64,000 nt of DNA from an uncultured bacterium (lineage in GTDB: Bacteria > Verrucomicrobiota > Verrucomicrobiia > Limisphaerales > UBA8199): assembly GCA_963749495.1 (NCBI GenBank), contig CAVVMW010000004.1, positions 224,001 to 288,000 of the forward strand. The letters run 5' to 3'. The translations under genes and the position numbers were made by a program. The notes beneath the pieces were generated by a model. It was given only the letters and a program-made list of their open reading frames with translations, did not search any database and had not been told where the DNA came from. Of the stretch, positions 11,801 to 20,079 are shown piece by piece (position 1 is the first letter of the stretch; every line of letters begins with the position of its first letter).

Positions 11801-12013
11801 CGAGAACTCGCTCTGGATGTCGAGCATAACATAGTACGGGAAACCCTCCATCTAGCCAGTCGGAGCGGAGCGAGTATGGCGCTGATTGAGACAAATAAGC
11901 CCCGGACCTGCTTCGTCGGGATCCTCAATCACGCGCGTTACTGGACAGCATCCCGCGCCCGCCTGTGTGCGGCGCGGATTCTGCGCGAGGGCATGGGGCC
12001 ATTTGAGGAGTAG
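8882..12013 (+). CDS. Large N6-adenine DNA methyltransferase (type IIG/Eco57I-like architecture)
   Basis: Motif X HYTP, motif I VLDPACGAGVFL, motif IV GNPPW; long N- and C-terminal extensions. Confidence 0.88.
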   Translation: MAPKWPVLRFNPKILLKSHARHKTKDLIEPAGRIVRNSARASGVWVPSQGIKLFRSGPQPELINYLDLCPGRAGLESKDVPDGVAESRDRPLLYFITSTLLSADPKERRLELSRLRRALGSRGERAFLALVEPGLVRVIPVSLDSRADHWREFRQGTPGTRSLFARMALGEYEAEGAPEHADYVYEEMFKLLTGVANSIVTENTAMERNDVLSLVGRALFLRFLSDRGVITTGNLNDIAPGASRLDECFADATQATHTCRWLDSTFNGDCLPLSDSGSLAWFQKVAPPRSQVFKDLRAILRNEEPAGGGHQQRLAMDWSTFDFAHVPVGLLSQVYEGFVWKWAPDEAGETSVHYTPRRIADYLVDDAFDGMRSAGKAHVLDPACGAGVFLVLSFRRLCRERWKATGRRPDRPAIRAILNKQLRGFDISESALRLAALSLYLTAIELDPKPTPPAALRFKNLRNRVLFNCRGDNDAPKGPVAGSLDTRMVKGHRGKYQLVIGNPPWTSLDKSQKELAATFHGIGREALVERNLTDLSKGFENPDSVPDLPFIWRATQWAESGGRIAFVLPARLLFKQGDIGQRARDAIFQAVAVTGMLNCSNLSDTNVWPGMQQPFLLFFARNRVPKPDHSVRWITVHADQALNDRGEIRVDSKSMEEVSVEQTFDEPWLWKALALGTALDVEVVRKVKQSGGVPLQKYWEENLALRFGTGYQIKPKQKQADATHLRGLPDVSDPKQFRFLVRPEELKEFQRPTACFPRERDLYRHPLVLVKGFVRLARQEGRAWLASQDVVFNESFHGFSASGHPDGDALVRYVQLLTHSDLWMHYALLTSPKLGAERRQFYKEDLERFPIIPWEKLSPDERSAAQKLSDRLLAEDLSVFPDIDAFFAELFHLKPRDMEVIRDTLNMELPFKSIRSQASAPPTLKQRREFCVRMEGALRPFFKRLGQTVSVDLVAIRALTQDCPFSVVGVSNERELALDVEHNIVRETLHLASRSGASMALIETNKPRTCFVGILNHARYWTASRARLCAARILREGMGPFEE

Positions 12014-12017
12014 GCGA

Positions 12018-12767
12018 ATGGGATTTGGACTTTTGACCGATTGGGCGGCTGACAGGGAGCGGAGGTTTTCGCTGCCCCATCCGCCCCTCTCTATTTCGAT
12101 CTTTTTAACCCTTGAAGGCGCGATCACCGCAGCATGGGGAATTCTGCACACCAAACCCCCGCGGCCCTTTGATCCGAAAACGGCCAAAGAAACCGATTTC
12201 ACGACCTACTTGCATGAAATTCTGGAGGACCACCTTCTGGATTCCGGAGAGGTTAACGGATTTACTAGCGAAATCTTTTCGAGCATCACAAGACCCGAGG
12301 TGCGAAACTTCGACGGGAAGAAGACGAGCAAGAAACCAGACATGGTGGCCTTCCTCACAGATCGTCCTAACGTCAAACGCTCGCAGGACGGGATCTTCAT
12401 CGAGTGCAAGCCCGTGGATGCCACCCACTCGCTGCTCACCGACTATTGCGACGCGGGGATCGCCCGCTTTGTCGTTGGCGACTACGCCTGGGCGATGACT
12501 GAAGCTTTAATGGTCGGTTACAACACGATCCACGGCAAGCCATCCCTGGCTTTGGTAGCACCGTTCAAACAGCGCACGCAAGGGATCCGCCCCACCGGCA
12601 AGCCGCGCGATTGCGCCGCCAGCCCCCACAACCCCATGGTCGGTGTCACGCGGCACAAGCGTGCGTTCCGCCTGGCAGGCCGACAGGCCCCAAGCATCAC
12701 GCTGAGGCATCTCTGGATGCTTGGGCCGAGCTTCCCATCTACCGAGCCAAGCTGCGCCCACTGCTGA
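12018..12767 (+). CDS. Putative PD-(D/E)xK nuclease
   Basis: KKPDM...IFIECKPV motif; 4 bp after methyltransferase stop, preceded by GAGGAG. Confidence 0.6.
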   Translation: MGFGLLTDWAADRERRFSLPHPPLSISIFLTLEGAITAAWGILHTKPPRPFDPKTAKETDFTTYLHEILEDHLLDSGEVNGFTSEIFSSITRPEVRNFDGKKTSKKPDMVAFLTDRPNVKRSQDGIFIECKPVDATHSLLTDYCDAGIARFVVGDYAWAMTEALMVGYNTIHGKPSLALVAPFKQRTQGIRPTGKPRDCAASPHNPMVGVTRHKRAFRLAGRQAPSITLRHLWMLGPSFPSTEPSCAHC

Positions 12768-13101
12768 GCGGATCGACGCAGTCCCGTCCCACCGTCGGCT
12801 ACCTTGATCTGGAGCCTTCTTCCAGCTTGCGTTCGCCGGCGGTTCAGCGCCCGGATGGCGCGAATGGCCTCCCCCCTTTGAAAGCCATCAGGACGGAGCC
12901 AAAGCCGCGGTTGCGAGCGTGAGTTCGGCTTGCGGGGATTTCGACCGGTGACACCTGCCTGAAAGGTTCGAAGGGGCGGGGCCACTTGGAGAGTCCTACC
13001 GGCGTCAGAACAAAGTTTCTTCACTTTTCTCGGGCTTCTTGCTTTGGCGCTCGAGCAGGGACGCGACATGCGTGGGCGTGAAGGGGTCGGCCCATAGCAT
13101 G

Positions 13102-13272
13102 GATTCTGCTGAAAAACCCCCGCTGATCAAAAAGAGACAGTGAAAAAGACCCTCTCGGATGCATCCCTTCATCATTAAAATCGCGTACAGACCAGATTAG
13201 CGCGTAAGAATTCTCGACACTTTTCGTGTATCTTCACTCACGTTCAAAAACAGGGGTTTTTTCAGCGGAATC
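13102..13272. mobile_element. Putative MITE / internally deleted IS remnant
   Basis: Imperfect ~19-bp terminal inverted repeats gattctgctgaaaaacccc / ggggttttttcagcggaatc around AT-rich non-coding DNA. Confidence 0.5.
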
Positions 13273-13330
13273 ATTCTCGTTAACTGACCCCTTTTCTTTT
13301 CGTTAACTGACCCCTTTTGACCCCTTTTTC

Positions 13331-13354
13331 GGATGGATCAATGACGTAGGCCAT
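13331..13354 (-). pseudogene. Truncated PIN/VapC toxin start (MAYVIDPS)
   Basis: ATG overlaps antitoxin stop (TGATG); hydrophobic-D-x-S start typical of PIN toxins, then runs into repeat DNA. Confidence 0.55.
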
Positions 13355-13635
13355 CAGAACCGCCTCCCGTGGTTGATCAGGTCTTTGAGGCTGGTTTTGT
13401 CCTTCGACTTGGGCAGACTCTGGCGCAAGGCATCCATCTGGCGGAAGAGCGTGGCGACGTGTTCCCGTGAGGGGCGTTCGGCGGGAACCAGGCGCGCGAC
13501 GGGCCGGTCGTGCTTGGTGATAGTGATTTCCTCGCCTTTGGCGACGCGCTCAAGGAGTTGGGAAAAATGCGTCTTTGCCTGAAACGTGCCGACAAAGGCG
13601 CGGGAGCGGCGGGAACGGTTGGAGCTTGTGGGCAT
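13354..13635 (-). CDS. Phd/YefM family antitoxin
   Basis: VGTFQAKTHFSQLLERVAKGEEITITKHDRPVARLVP signature. Confidence 0.9.
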   Translation of the reverse strand: MPTSSNRSRRSRAFVGTFQAKTHFSQLLERVAKGEEITITKHDRPVARLVPAERPSREHVATLFRQMDALRQSLPKSKDKTSLKDLINHGRRF

Positions 13636-13638
13636 AAA

Positions 13639-13683
13639 TAAACTAGTTAGAGACTAGTTTAGCCCAAGATTTGCGGTCGTCAA
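13639..13683 (-). promoter_or_regulatory. TA promoter (TTGACG-N16-TAAACT) with palindromic operator taaactagt-N5-actagttta
   Basis: Perfect 9-bp inverted repeat overlapping the -10 element just upstream of the antitoxin. Confidence 0.6.
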
Positions 13684-13896
13684 CACGGATAAAGAAGGAC
13701 AAATGGAGGGGGGCGCGGGACAAAATAGTAACCATTAGACCTGTTCATTTCCGCGTATTCCGCGTATTGTCAGCGGCGGCGGGAACGCGGATGAAAAGCG
13801 CCGGTTCCAAAATCTGAGCGGGCGGAGGGTCGAAAAGCAAACAACCGGCAGCTTCTGCTGCCGGTTTTGCGACGGAACTGATAGTGGAGAACCGGA

Positions 13897-14637
13897 TCAC
13901 GTTTGGATTTGGTCTTTCATGCGAAAGCTGGTGCCTTCGACGACGACCGTCTCGGCGTGATGGAGGAGCCGATCCAGGACGGCGGAGGCCAGCGTGGCGT
14001 CATTGTTGAAGATGCTGGCCCACTGTTTGAAGGGTTTGTTGGTAGTCACCACGATGGAACCGCGCTCGTAGCGCTGGCTGATAACCTGGAAGAGCAGGTC
14101 GGCGCCATGCTGGTTGATGGGCAGGTAGCCGATCTCATCCAAGATCAACAGCCGGGGACGGAGGTATTTGCGGAGTTCACTTTTGAGGCGGCTGCTTTTC
14201 TGGGCGGCGCTGAGTTGGTTGATGACATTGATGGCGTTGGCAAAGAGAACCGAGTGGCCCTCCAGACAGGCCGCGTAGCCGAGGGCGGTGGCCAAGTGGG
14301 TCTTGCCCAAGCCAACGTTGCCCAGGAAGATGGCGTTGGCGTTCTGTTCCAGGAACTGCAGGCGAAAGAGGTTCTGCACCTGGAGCCGATTGATTTTCTT
14401 AAGCCAATCCCACTGGAACTGTTCGAGGGTCTTGATGACCGGAAAGCGCGCGGCCTTCACGTGCAGGGCCACGGCGCGCTCCCGGCGCTGCTGGTATTGG
14501 CCGTTGATGAGCCGGGCCAGGTATTCGGCGTGAGTCCAGGGCTGCCGGGCAGCCTGCTGGGCCAGGTTGTCGTATTGCGCCTTCAGGAAAGGCAGTTTGA
14601 GGTAGTCGAGTTGCTGAGCCAGGAGGGAGGGGTTCAT
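13897..14637 (-). CDS. istB: IS21 helper ATPase IstB
   Basis: Walker A GNVGLGKT, Walker B LILDEIGY, LDRLLHH, SFR motif. Confidence 0.95.
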   Translation of the reverse strand: MNPSLLAQQLDYLKLPFLKAQYDNLAQQAARQPWTHAEYLARLINGQYQQRRERAVALHVKAARFPVIKTLEQFQWDWLKKINRLQVQNLFRLQFLEQNANAIFLGNVGLGKTHLATALGYAACLEGHSVLFANAINVINQLSAAQKSSRLKSELRKYLRPRLLILDEIGYLPINQHGADLLFQVISQRYERGSIVVTTNKPFKQWASIFNNDATLASAVLDRLLHHAETVVVEGTSFRMKDQIQT

Positions 14638-16112
14638 GGTTGGGGAGAGGGCGGGTTGGGGTCATAGGGACTCAAGTCGGCCGGGGGCAGGTCCAGTTCC
14701 AAGAGGTCCTGCCGGCGGGTCAGGTGCAAGGGCGAGGGCGCCACGGCGTGGCGCTCGCGTTGTTCCAACAGGTTGGCGATGTATTCGCAGCCGTACGCAT
14801 CGAAGGTCAGGGCGTCCTGGAGGGCGCGGGCCACTTTATCGGGGCCGTAGAGTTGGCTCAACGCGACGATCTTTTGGATGTGATGGGGAGCGTTGAAGCG
14901 TTTTTCCCGGAGTTTACGGCCGTAGAGTTCGGCCTGCGGTCCCAGGCTCAGGAACGCTTGCAGGCAGGTTTGGTTGCGGGCGCGGTGACGCTGCGTCAGG
15001 AGTTCCTGGATATGGTTGGGGTTGCGGATGTCCTGGCGGCGGTCGTAGCCGCGCAGGTGGGTAGCGATCAGCTTTTCGTGGTGATAGCAGAGCACTTGGT
15101 CAGGATAGATTTTGAGGCTCAGTTGCTGGGAGGCATAGAGGTGAGGCACGGTGTAGCGATTGGTCTCAAAAACGACGCGGCAACAACTGTTGGCGCTGGT
15201 GGGCCGGACGACTCCGCAGTCATAAGGACGGAGCGGCAGGGCTTTGAGCAGGGGCTTTTCCTGAGCAAACCGTTCCAGGGGTTTGACGTGGGTCTCGCCG
15301 TGGATACGCACGTTGGCCACGGTATCCTGCCACTGCCGGGCGGCGGGATTGACGGCCTCGAAGGAGGGGATCTGCAAACCGCTCAGGAAGTTCTTTTTGA
15401 CGTAGCCCACGCCATTTTCCACGCGCCCTTTTTCGTTCGCCTTTTTGACCTGGCAGGCGACGGGGACGAAGCCATGGTGGGCGGCGAAGTCCAGGTAGCG
15501 CGGGTTGAAACGGGCCGCAGCGCCCAGCGGATGTTCGAGCACCCCGACCTTGAGATTATTGATCATGACTTTAGCGGGGATGCCCCCGAAGAACTCGAAG
15601 GCATGGCGGTGGCAGGAGAGGAACTGTTCCATGCCTTCGGAGAGGGTAAACTCCACATAGATGAGGCGGCTGAAGCACAGGACCATCACGAAGAAGCTCA
15701 AGCGCCGTCTGGTAGAGCCGACGGTGACGGAGCCGAAGCTGCCCCAATTGACCTGCGCGCATTCCCCCGGGGCAAACTCCAGCATCAGGAAGGCGGGTTT
15801 GCGCATCGGGCGCACCAGGCGGACAAACTCCTTGAGGATGCTGTAACCGCCAGCGTAGCCCTGGGGTTTGAGTTCCTGGAGGATTTGCTGAGCGCTGTAA
15901 GGATGACGTTCCAGCAGGCCAACAATCCGGCCCTTGAACGCGTCGAGCTTACTGGGGCGTTTGCCGCCTCGGCGTTGGTGATAGCTGGTCTGCTCCGCCC
16001 ACTTGGCGACGGTTTTGGGGTCCAGTTGAAGTTCCACCGCAACCTGGGCGGCAGTGAGATGCTTTTCATCCAAGAGCACTCGAAGCTGGCAGAAGGTGGG
16101 GTAATCGATCAT
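14634..16112 (-). CDS. istA: IS21 transposase IstA (DDE aspartates read as Asn)
   Basis: N-terminal HTH, PGECAQV(N)WG, MI(N)NLK, EKGRVENGV. Confidence 0.93.
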   Translation of the reverse strand: MIDYPTFCQLRVLLDEKHLTAAQVAVELQLDPKTVAKWAEQTSYHQRRGGKRPSKLDAFKGRIVGLLERHPYSAQQILQELKPQGYAGGYSILKEFVRLVRPMRKPAFLMLEFAPGECAQVNWGSFGSVTVGSTRRRLSFFVMVLCFSRLIYVEFTLSEGMEQFLSCHRHAFEFFGGIPAKVMINNLKVGVLEHPLGAAARFNPRYLDFAAHHGFVPVACQVKKANEKGRVENGVGYVKKNFLSGLQIPSFEAVNPAARQWQDTVANVRIHGETHVKPLERFAQEKPLLKALPLRPYDCGVVRPTSANSCCRVVFETNRYTVPHLYASQQLSLKIYPDQVLCYHHEKLIATHLRGYDRRQDIRNPNHIQELLTQRHRARNQTCLQAFLSLGPQAELYGRKLREKRFNAPHHIQKIVALSQLYGPDKVARALQDALTFDAYGCEYIANLLEQRERHAVAPSPLHLTRRQDLLELDLPPADLSPYDPNPPSPQP

Positions 16113-16510
16113 GGCCGACCTCCCGCCAAGGCCCGGCGCAGGATGTCGCCCACGCACTGAGCTTGCTCGCTGCGAGGTGCGTCCGGGGCCACCGGCTCGG
16201 AGGAGACCTCCGGCAGGGCCAGCACCTGGTAGAGAGGTTTTTGATAGGCGATGAGCCCGGCCCGCTCCAATTGCTGACGCGCTGAGGCCAGTTCCAACGG
16301 ATCCAGCTTGAGCTGCCGCCCCAGGGCCGCCTCGGAGTAGTAACTCAGGCCTTGGGCGTTGCCGACAGTGACCAGGAACAGGTAGAGAGCCCAGGCCCGG
16401 TGGTTGCAGGTTTTCAGATGGTGGTGACGAATCAACCGGTGGTCCACCCAGCTAAAACTGCTGGGGACCTCACGGAGCCGATTGGGTCGGAGGAGACGTT
16501 TGATGATCAT
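16109..16510 (-). CDS. IS21-associated accessory protein, putative winged-helix
   Basis: FSWVDHRL...LYLFL...GLSYYSE...ARQQL; coupled to istA (ATGA); inside IS ends. Confidence 0.7.
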   Translation of the reverse strand: MIIKRLLRPNRLREVPSSFSWVDHRLIRHHHLKTCNHRAWALYLFLVTVGNAQGLSYYSEAALGRQLKLDPLELASARQQLERAGLIAYQKPLYQVLALPEVSSEPVAPDAPRSEQAQCVGDILRRALAGGRP

Positions 16511-17018
16511 AATCAGAACATGGTTTTTCGTTGCGTTGCTCTGGAAGCACCCGCCCCAGAATGATGCAACCCTGTTCTATCAGGCGGCGGATCAAAGGCT
16601 GGATGTCATCTTGTAACGTACTGCCCGCAAACATCGAGAGCAGTCCGATAAACGCGGGCTCCTGTGCCAGGCAGAAATCTTGTAACGTACGGGGCAGAGG
16701 TCTCGGTACGTTACGAGATGTCTGCTCGGGGTTAACCGCTTCTGCCTCAATTGGTTGAGTGCCTTCAGACGCAGGGGTTTTCCGCTTCCAATACCCTGGA
16801 TGAGCCTTGCGCCAAGCCCGCACCCGGTCGGTGCCTTCGCCCTGCCGAAAGTGCGAAAGATTTTTGGGTTGGCGATACCAGCGCCGCTGGCTGGCGAGCT
16901 TGCTGGCCCGGCGGCAATCCGGTTTTTCGCAGTAGCGTTGATGCTTCCGGTTCCGGTAATCCGGGAAGAAAAACGCGTTGCAACACTGGCACTTACGTCG
17001 CTTGGACTTTGGGCTCAT
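16470..17018 (-). CDS. IS21-associated cysteine-rich accessory protein
   Basis: CQCC...QRYCEKPDC motif, RVRAWRKAHPGYW; inside IS ends. Confidence 0.65.
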   Translation of the reverse strand: MSPKSKRRKCQCCNAFFFPDYRNRKHQRYCEKPDCRRASKLASQRRWYRQPKNLSHFRQGEGTDRVRAWRKAHPGYWKRKTPASEGTQPIEAEAVNPEQTSRNVPRPLPRTLQDFCLAQEPAFIGLLSMFAGSTLQDDIQPLIRRLIEQGCIILGRVLPEQRNEKPCSDYDHQTSPPTQSAP

Positions 17019-17324
17019 CGCGCCCCAACAGCAACACAGCCGCCGAGCGGATCAAAACAAAACAATCGGCCCGAAGAAGAACCAAGGCGAAGAAGCAAGA
17101 AGAGCTCTCAGGAGAATAGCCGGAAGAAAAGACCAGGGAAGAAGAAGGGAATTTCAAACCAGCGGTTTTCCGGGAATATCACTCCGCCGCTGGCACGTAT
17201 TCCGCGGTTCATTCTTCTTCGGAGGTTTGCTAGCCTCACCGGCCATGAAAACCAATCTTATTTACCATCCAAATTGAGCGCATCGCAGCGGAGCGGGGCC
17301 GACACGGCTATGGCAACTGAGGGC

Positions 17325-17353
17325 AACCGCGGAATACGCGGAATACGCGGAAA
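17325..17353. repeat. 9-bp-periodic repeat (cgcggaata), inverted partner of the repeat interrupted by IS21
   Basis: Reverse complement matches the reconstructed empty IS21 target tttccgcgtattccgcgtattccgcggtt. Confidence 0.7.
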
Positions 17354-17702
17354 ACAAAGCCGCCCAGCGATCCCGGGGGAGATTGGCCGGCATTGGGGTA
17401 GCCCCATGTCGTCGCGGTTGCATCCGCATAGATACAATCACGCAAGCGAAGAAACAACGCCTGCCCTGGGCTCTTCAAGGGAGGTTACTTTTTTGTCCGG
17501 CACCCAATGGAGGGGTCAGCCGTTAGGGCACTGATCAGGTAAAAAAACGTTTCCCGCCCGGTTTTTTTTCCAAACCGTTTTTGCCGCAACTCTTCGACCG
17601 CCGCGCGGGCACCGAATCGAGCCTGCGTTTTCATTGTGTGAATCGGATCTTCGCGGGGCCTCGCCCTTGAGGCGATCCGTTCCGCCTAAAAAAGAGCAGT
17701 TC

Positions 17703-17829
17703 AGCCGCGAAAAGGCGCAAAGGTCGCAAAACGTGAAGGACTTGCGTTCAAGGGGTCCGCCTCCGCTTTGGTGAGCATCGTGGCGAGTGCAAGTGTTTCT
17801 TTTTGCGTTTTTTGCGCCTTTTGGCGGCT
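17703..17829. repeat. 9-bp-periodic inverted repeat pair (gccgcgaaaaggcgcaaa ... tttgcgccttttggcggc)
   Basis: Inverted arms visible downstream of the TrmH gene. Confidence 0.6.
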
Positions 17830-17858
17830 ATTCAACTGCCGTCTCCAGGGTCAACCGT

Positions 17859-18704
17859 TCAACTCCCGCATTCGTTGGACCCCTGCGCCCCGCGACGCAG
17901 GCGTTGCCGATTTGCTTCGTAGAAGAAGACCGCTGCGGCGCTGCCCACATTGAGGGAATCCACCGTGGGCGGCATGGGGATGGTTGCGGCATCCTGGCAG
18001 GCTGCCAGCACCGCGCCAGAGAGCCCGTAGCCTTCGCTGCCGAACACCAGGCAGCAGTCCCCGGAGAAATCGGCTTGGCACAAAGGGCGGGCGCGCGCGT
18101 GCGGATGGGCCGCGATGCCCCGAACGCCGTGTTGCCGCAATTGGGTCAGCGTCCCGGCCAGGCTCTTGGTCTCCAGGACGGGCAGGTGAAAGATGGCGCC
18201 CATGGACCCGCGGACTGCGCGGCGCAAGTAGGGGCTGACGCACGTCTCGCCCGCGATGAGGGCCTGCACGTTGAAGGCGGCACAATTGCGGACCAAGGCC
18301 CCGAGGTTCTCCGCGCTCGACAGCCCGTCCGCGGCCGCAAGGAGGCGTGGTTTGGCTGCTTGCGCCAGGATCCTCTCCAACGAGAGCGGCGGCGGCACTC
18401 GCCCCACCGCCAGCAATCCCTGGTACATCGAAAAGCCCGTCAGCGTCTCCAGCAGCTTCTTTTCCGCAACGAAAACGCTGATGTCCTCGGGCCGGGCCTG
18501 GAGGAACGGCGCCAGGTCCCGCAGCCATTTTTCCGGCAGCAGCACGGAGACGACGGTGAAGCGGCTCTCCAGGAGGCGGCGGACCAGTTTCTCACCTTCA
18601 GCCACGAAGAGGCCCTGCTGGCGGTGGTCGTGCTGGCGCCGCATCGTGCGGTAGGGCTCCAGCTCGGGCCAATCAAAGGCGACTATGGGTTGGGCGTGGA
18701 ACAA
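17859..18704 (-). CDS. TrmH/SpoU family RNA methyltransferase
   Basis: FVAEGEKLV, ENLGAL.RN, FGSEG.G, IPM...DSLNV SPOUT motifs. Confidence 0.92.
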   Translation of the reverse strand: MFHAQPIVAFDWPELEPYRTMRRQHDHRQQGLFVAEGEKLVRRLLESRFTVVSVLLPEKWLRDLAPFLQARPEDISVFVAEKKLLETLTGFSMYQGLLAVGRVPPPLSLERILAQAAKPRLLAAADGLSSAENLGALVRNCAAFNVQALIAGETCVSPYLRRAVRGSMGAIFHLPVLETKSLAGTLTQLRQHGVRGIAAHPHARARPLCQADFSGDCCLVFGSEGYGLSGAVLAACQDAATIPMPPTVDSLNVGSAAAVFFYEANRQRLRRGAQGSNECGS

Positions 18705-18741
18705 GTGACTCAGTGGGAAGTGGGACGGGACACATGAGCAG

Positions 18742-18783
18742 ACCCCTCACCCCGGCCCTCTCCCCATCCGATGGGGAGAGGGA
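18742..18783. repeat. REP hairpin (ccctcaccccggccctctcccc...ggggagaggg)
   Basis: Intergenic palindrome of a widespread REP type. Confidence 0.65.
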
Positions 18784-18832
18784 GACGACTGCTCAACGCG
18801 CGTTGTGTCATACGCCGGGTACACATCAGCGA

Positions 18833-19702
18833 CTAAATCGGCAAATGGGCCTGGACCGGAGATTCCGCAAGCCGTGGCGGCGGCGCCGGCGGCGCCTGGG
18901 GCGCCTCGGCGCCGTTGATCTGGACGGTCAGGGCAGAGCAGGGGACCGATTGGGAGGTGAGTTCGACCCGGACATGGGAGGCGCCGATCTTGGCCAACCG
19001 TTGCTGGATGACTCGATAGGCCAGGTTGGGCCGATTGCACTCGCGGCTGAGGTGGCCCAGGTAGAGATGCCGCAGGCCGGAGGACATGATTGCTTCGAGG
19101 GCGTCGGCGGCCGCGTCGTTGGAGAGGTGCCCGTGGCGGCCCAGGATGCGCTGCTTGAGGCTCCAGGGGCGGGTGGGGCAGTCCTGGAGCATCCGGATGT
19201 CGTGGTTGGACTCCAGGAGCAGGACATTGGCCGCGCGGATGCGTTCGAGGACCAGCCTGGTCGTGTGGCCGAGGTCGGTCAAAAAGCCGAGTCTGCCCGC
19301 CGGGGTGTGCAGGAGATAGCCTACGGGGTCCTGGGCGTCGTGAGGGACGCTGAAGGTCTCCACCTGGATGTCCCCGACCTCGAAGCCGGCCCCGGTGCTG
19401 AAAATCCGGCAGTCGAACTGCGTCTTGAGTTGGTACTCGATGGCCTCCTGCGTCGGGCGGTTGCAATAGACCGGCAGCCCGAGCTTTTCCGTGAGCAGCG
19501 GCAGCCCGCGGATGTGATCGGCATGCTCGTGGGTGATGAGGACCCCCGTCAGGCCCTCGGGCGCCCGGCCAATGGTGGCCAGGCGCTGGCGGATCTGGCG
19601 CAGGCTGAATCCCGCATCGACCAGGATTCGCGCGCGCTCGGTCTCGATGTAAGCGCAATTGCCCGCTGAACCACTGCCGAGAATAGTCAGACAAACAGGC
19701 AC
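18833..19702 (-). CDS. MBL-fold metallo-hydrolase (YycJ/WalJ-like)
   Basis: LGSGSAGN, THEHADH, VPHDA, TDLG, LESNHD, GHLSN, HLSRECN. Confidence 0.92.
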   Translation of the reverse strand: MPVCLTILGSGSAGNCAYIETERARILVDAGFSLRQIRQRLATIGRAPEGLTGVLITHEHADHIRGLPLLTEKLGLPVYCNRPTQEAIEYQLKTQFDCRIFSTGAGFEVGDIQVETFSVPHDAQDPVGYLLHTPAGRLGFLTDLGHTTRLVLERIRAANVLLLESNHDIRMLQDCPTRPWSLKQRILGRHGHLSNDAAADALEAIMSSGLRHLYLGHLSRECNRPNLAYRVIQQRLAKIGASHVRVELTSQSVPCSALTVQINGAEAPQAPPAPPPRLAESPVQAHLPI

Positions 19703-19783
19703 GACTTACCTTAGCCGCCGCAATCCCGCCGGGCAACGTTATTTGTGGGCGGGTGCAAGGGCGCGTATCCCGACACTGGCCCC

Positions 19784-19900
19784 GTAGCGCAGACTTCCAA
19801 GTCTGCTGTATCGCGGGTTTCCTAACCCGCAGGCGCCGCGATTTTCGGCGCCCTGCCGACTGGAAGTCGGCGATACAGCAGGTTCGGAAATCTGCGCTAC
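19784..19900. repeat. REP family A (gtagcgcag ... ctgcgctac)
   Basis: Nested palindromes; related copies at 21022-21156, 28614-28628/31567-31688 and 57480-57590. Confidence 0.8.
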
Positions 19901-20079
19901 AAACTGCTGTGCCCCGCCAAATGGGGGCGGTGCCGGGTCCGCCCGTTGCAAGGGACAAAAGCGACGAAAGGGACACAAGGGACGCGAGCGCGCGGTTTTG
20001 AGCTTGCGTTGGCGCGTGGGGCCTTCACCCTATTCTCATCGCCGCGTTATGGGCGATATTGCGGCGCGATGCAGTGCCT

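Larger units (their letters stand above)
13768..17195 (-). mobile_element. IS21-family element with two accessory ORFs
   Basis: Ends tgtcagcggcgg ... ccgccgctggca; 5-bp target duplication CGTAT (13763-13767 and 17196-17200); istA-istB. Confidence 0.92.

Noticed and set aside
12518..13069. 183-aa minus-strand ORF after the nuclease
   Set aside because: Overlaps the nuclease gene in antisense and has no recognisable motifs.
13277..13330. Direct repeats as a possible CRISPR array
   Set aside because: Only two to three short adjacent units, no unique spacers, no cas genes.
14640..16160. 506-aa and neighbouring 254-aa plus-strand ORFs
   Set aside because: Antisense shadows of istA and istB.
17360..17700. 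Possible ncRNA or degraded lipoprotein gene in the intergenic stretch
   Set aside because: Only weak hairpins and a short LCGC-containing fragment; no recognisable family.
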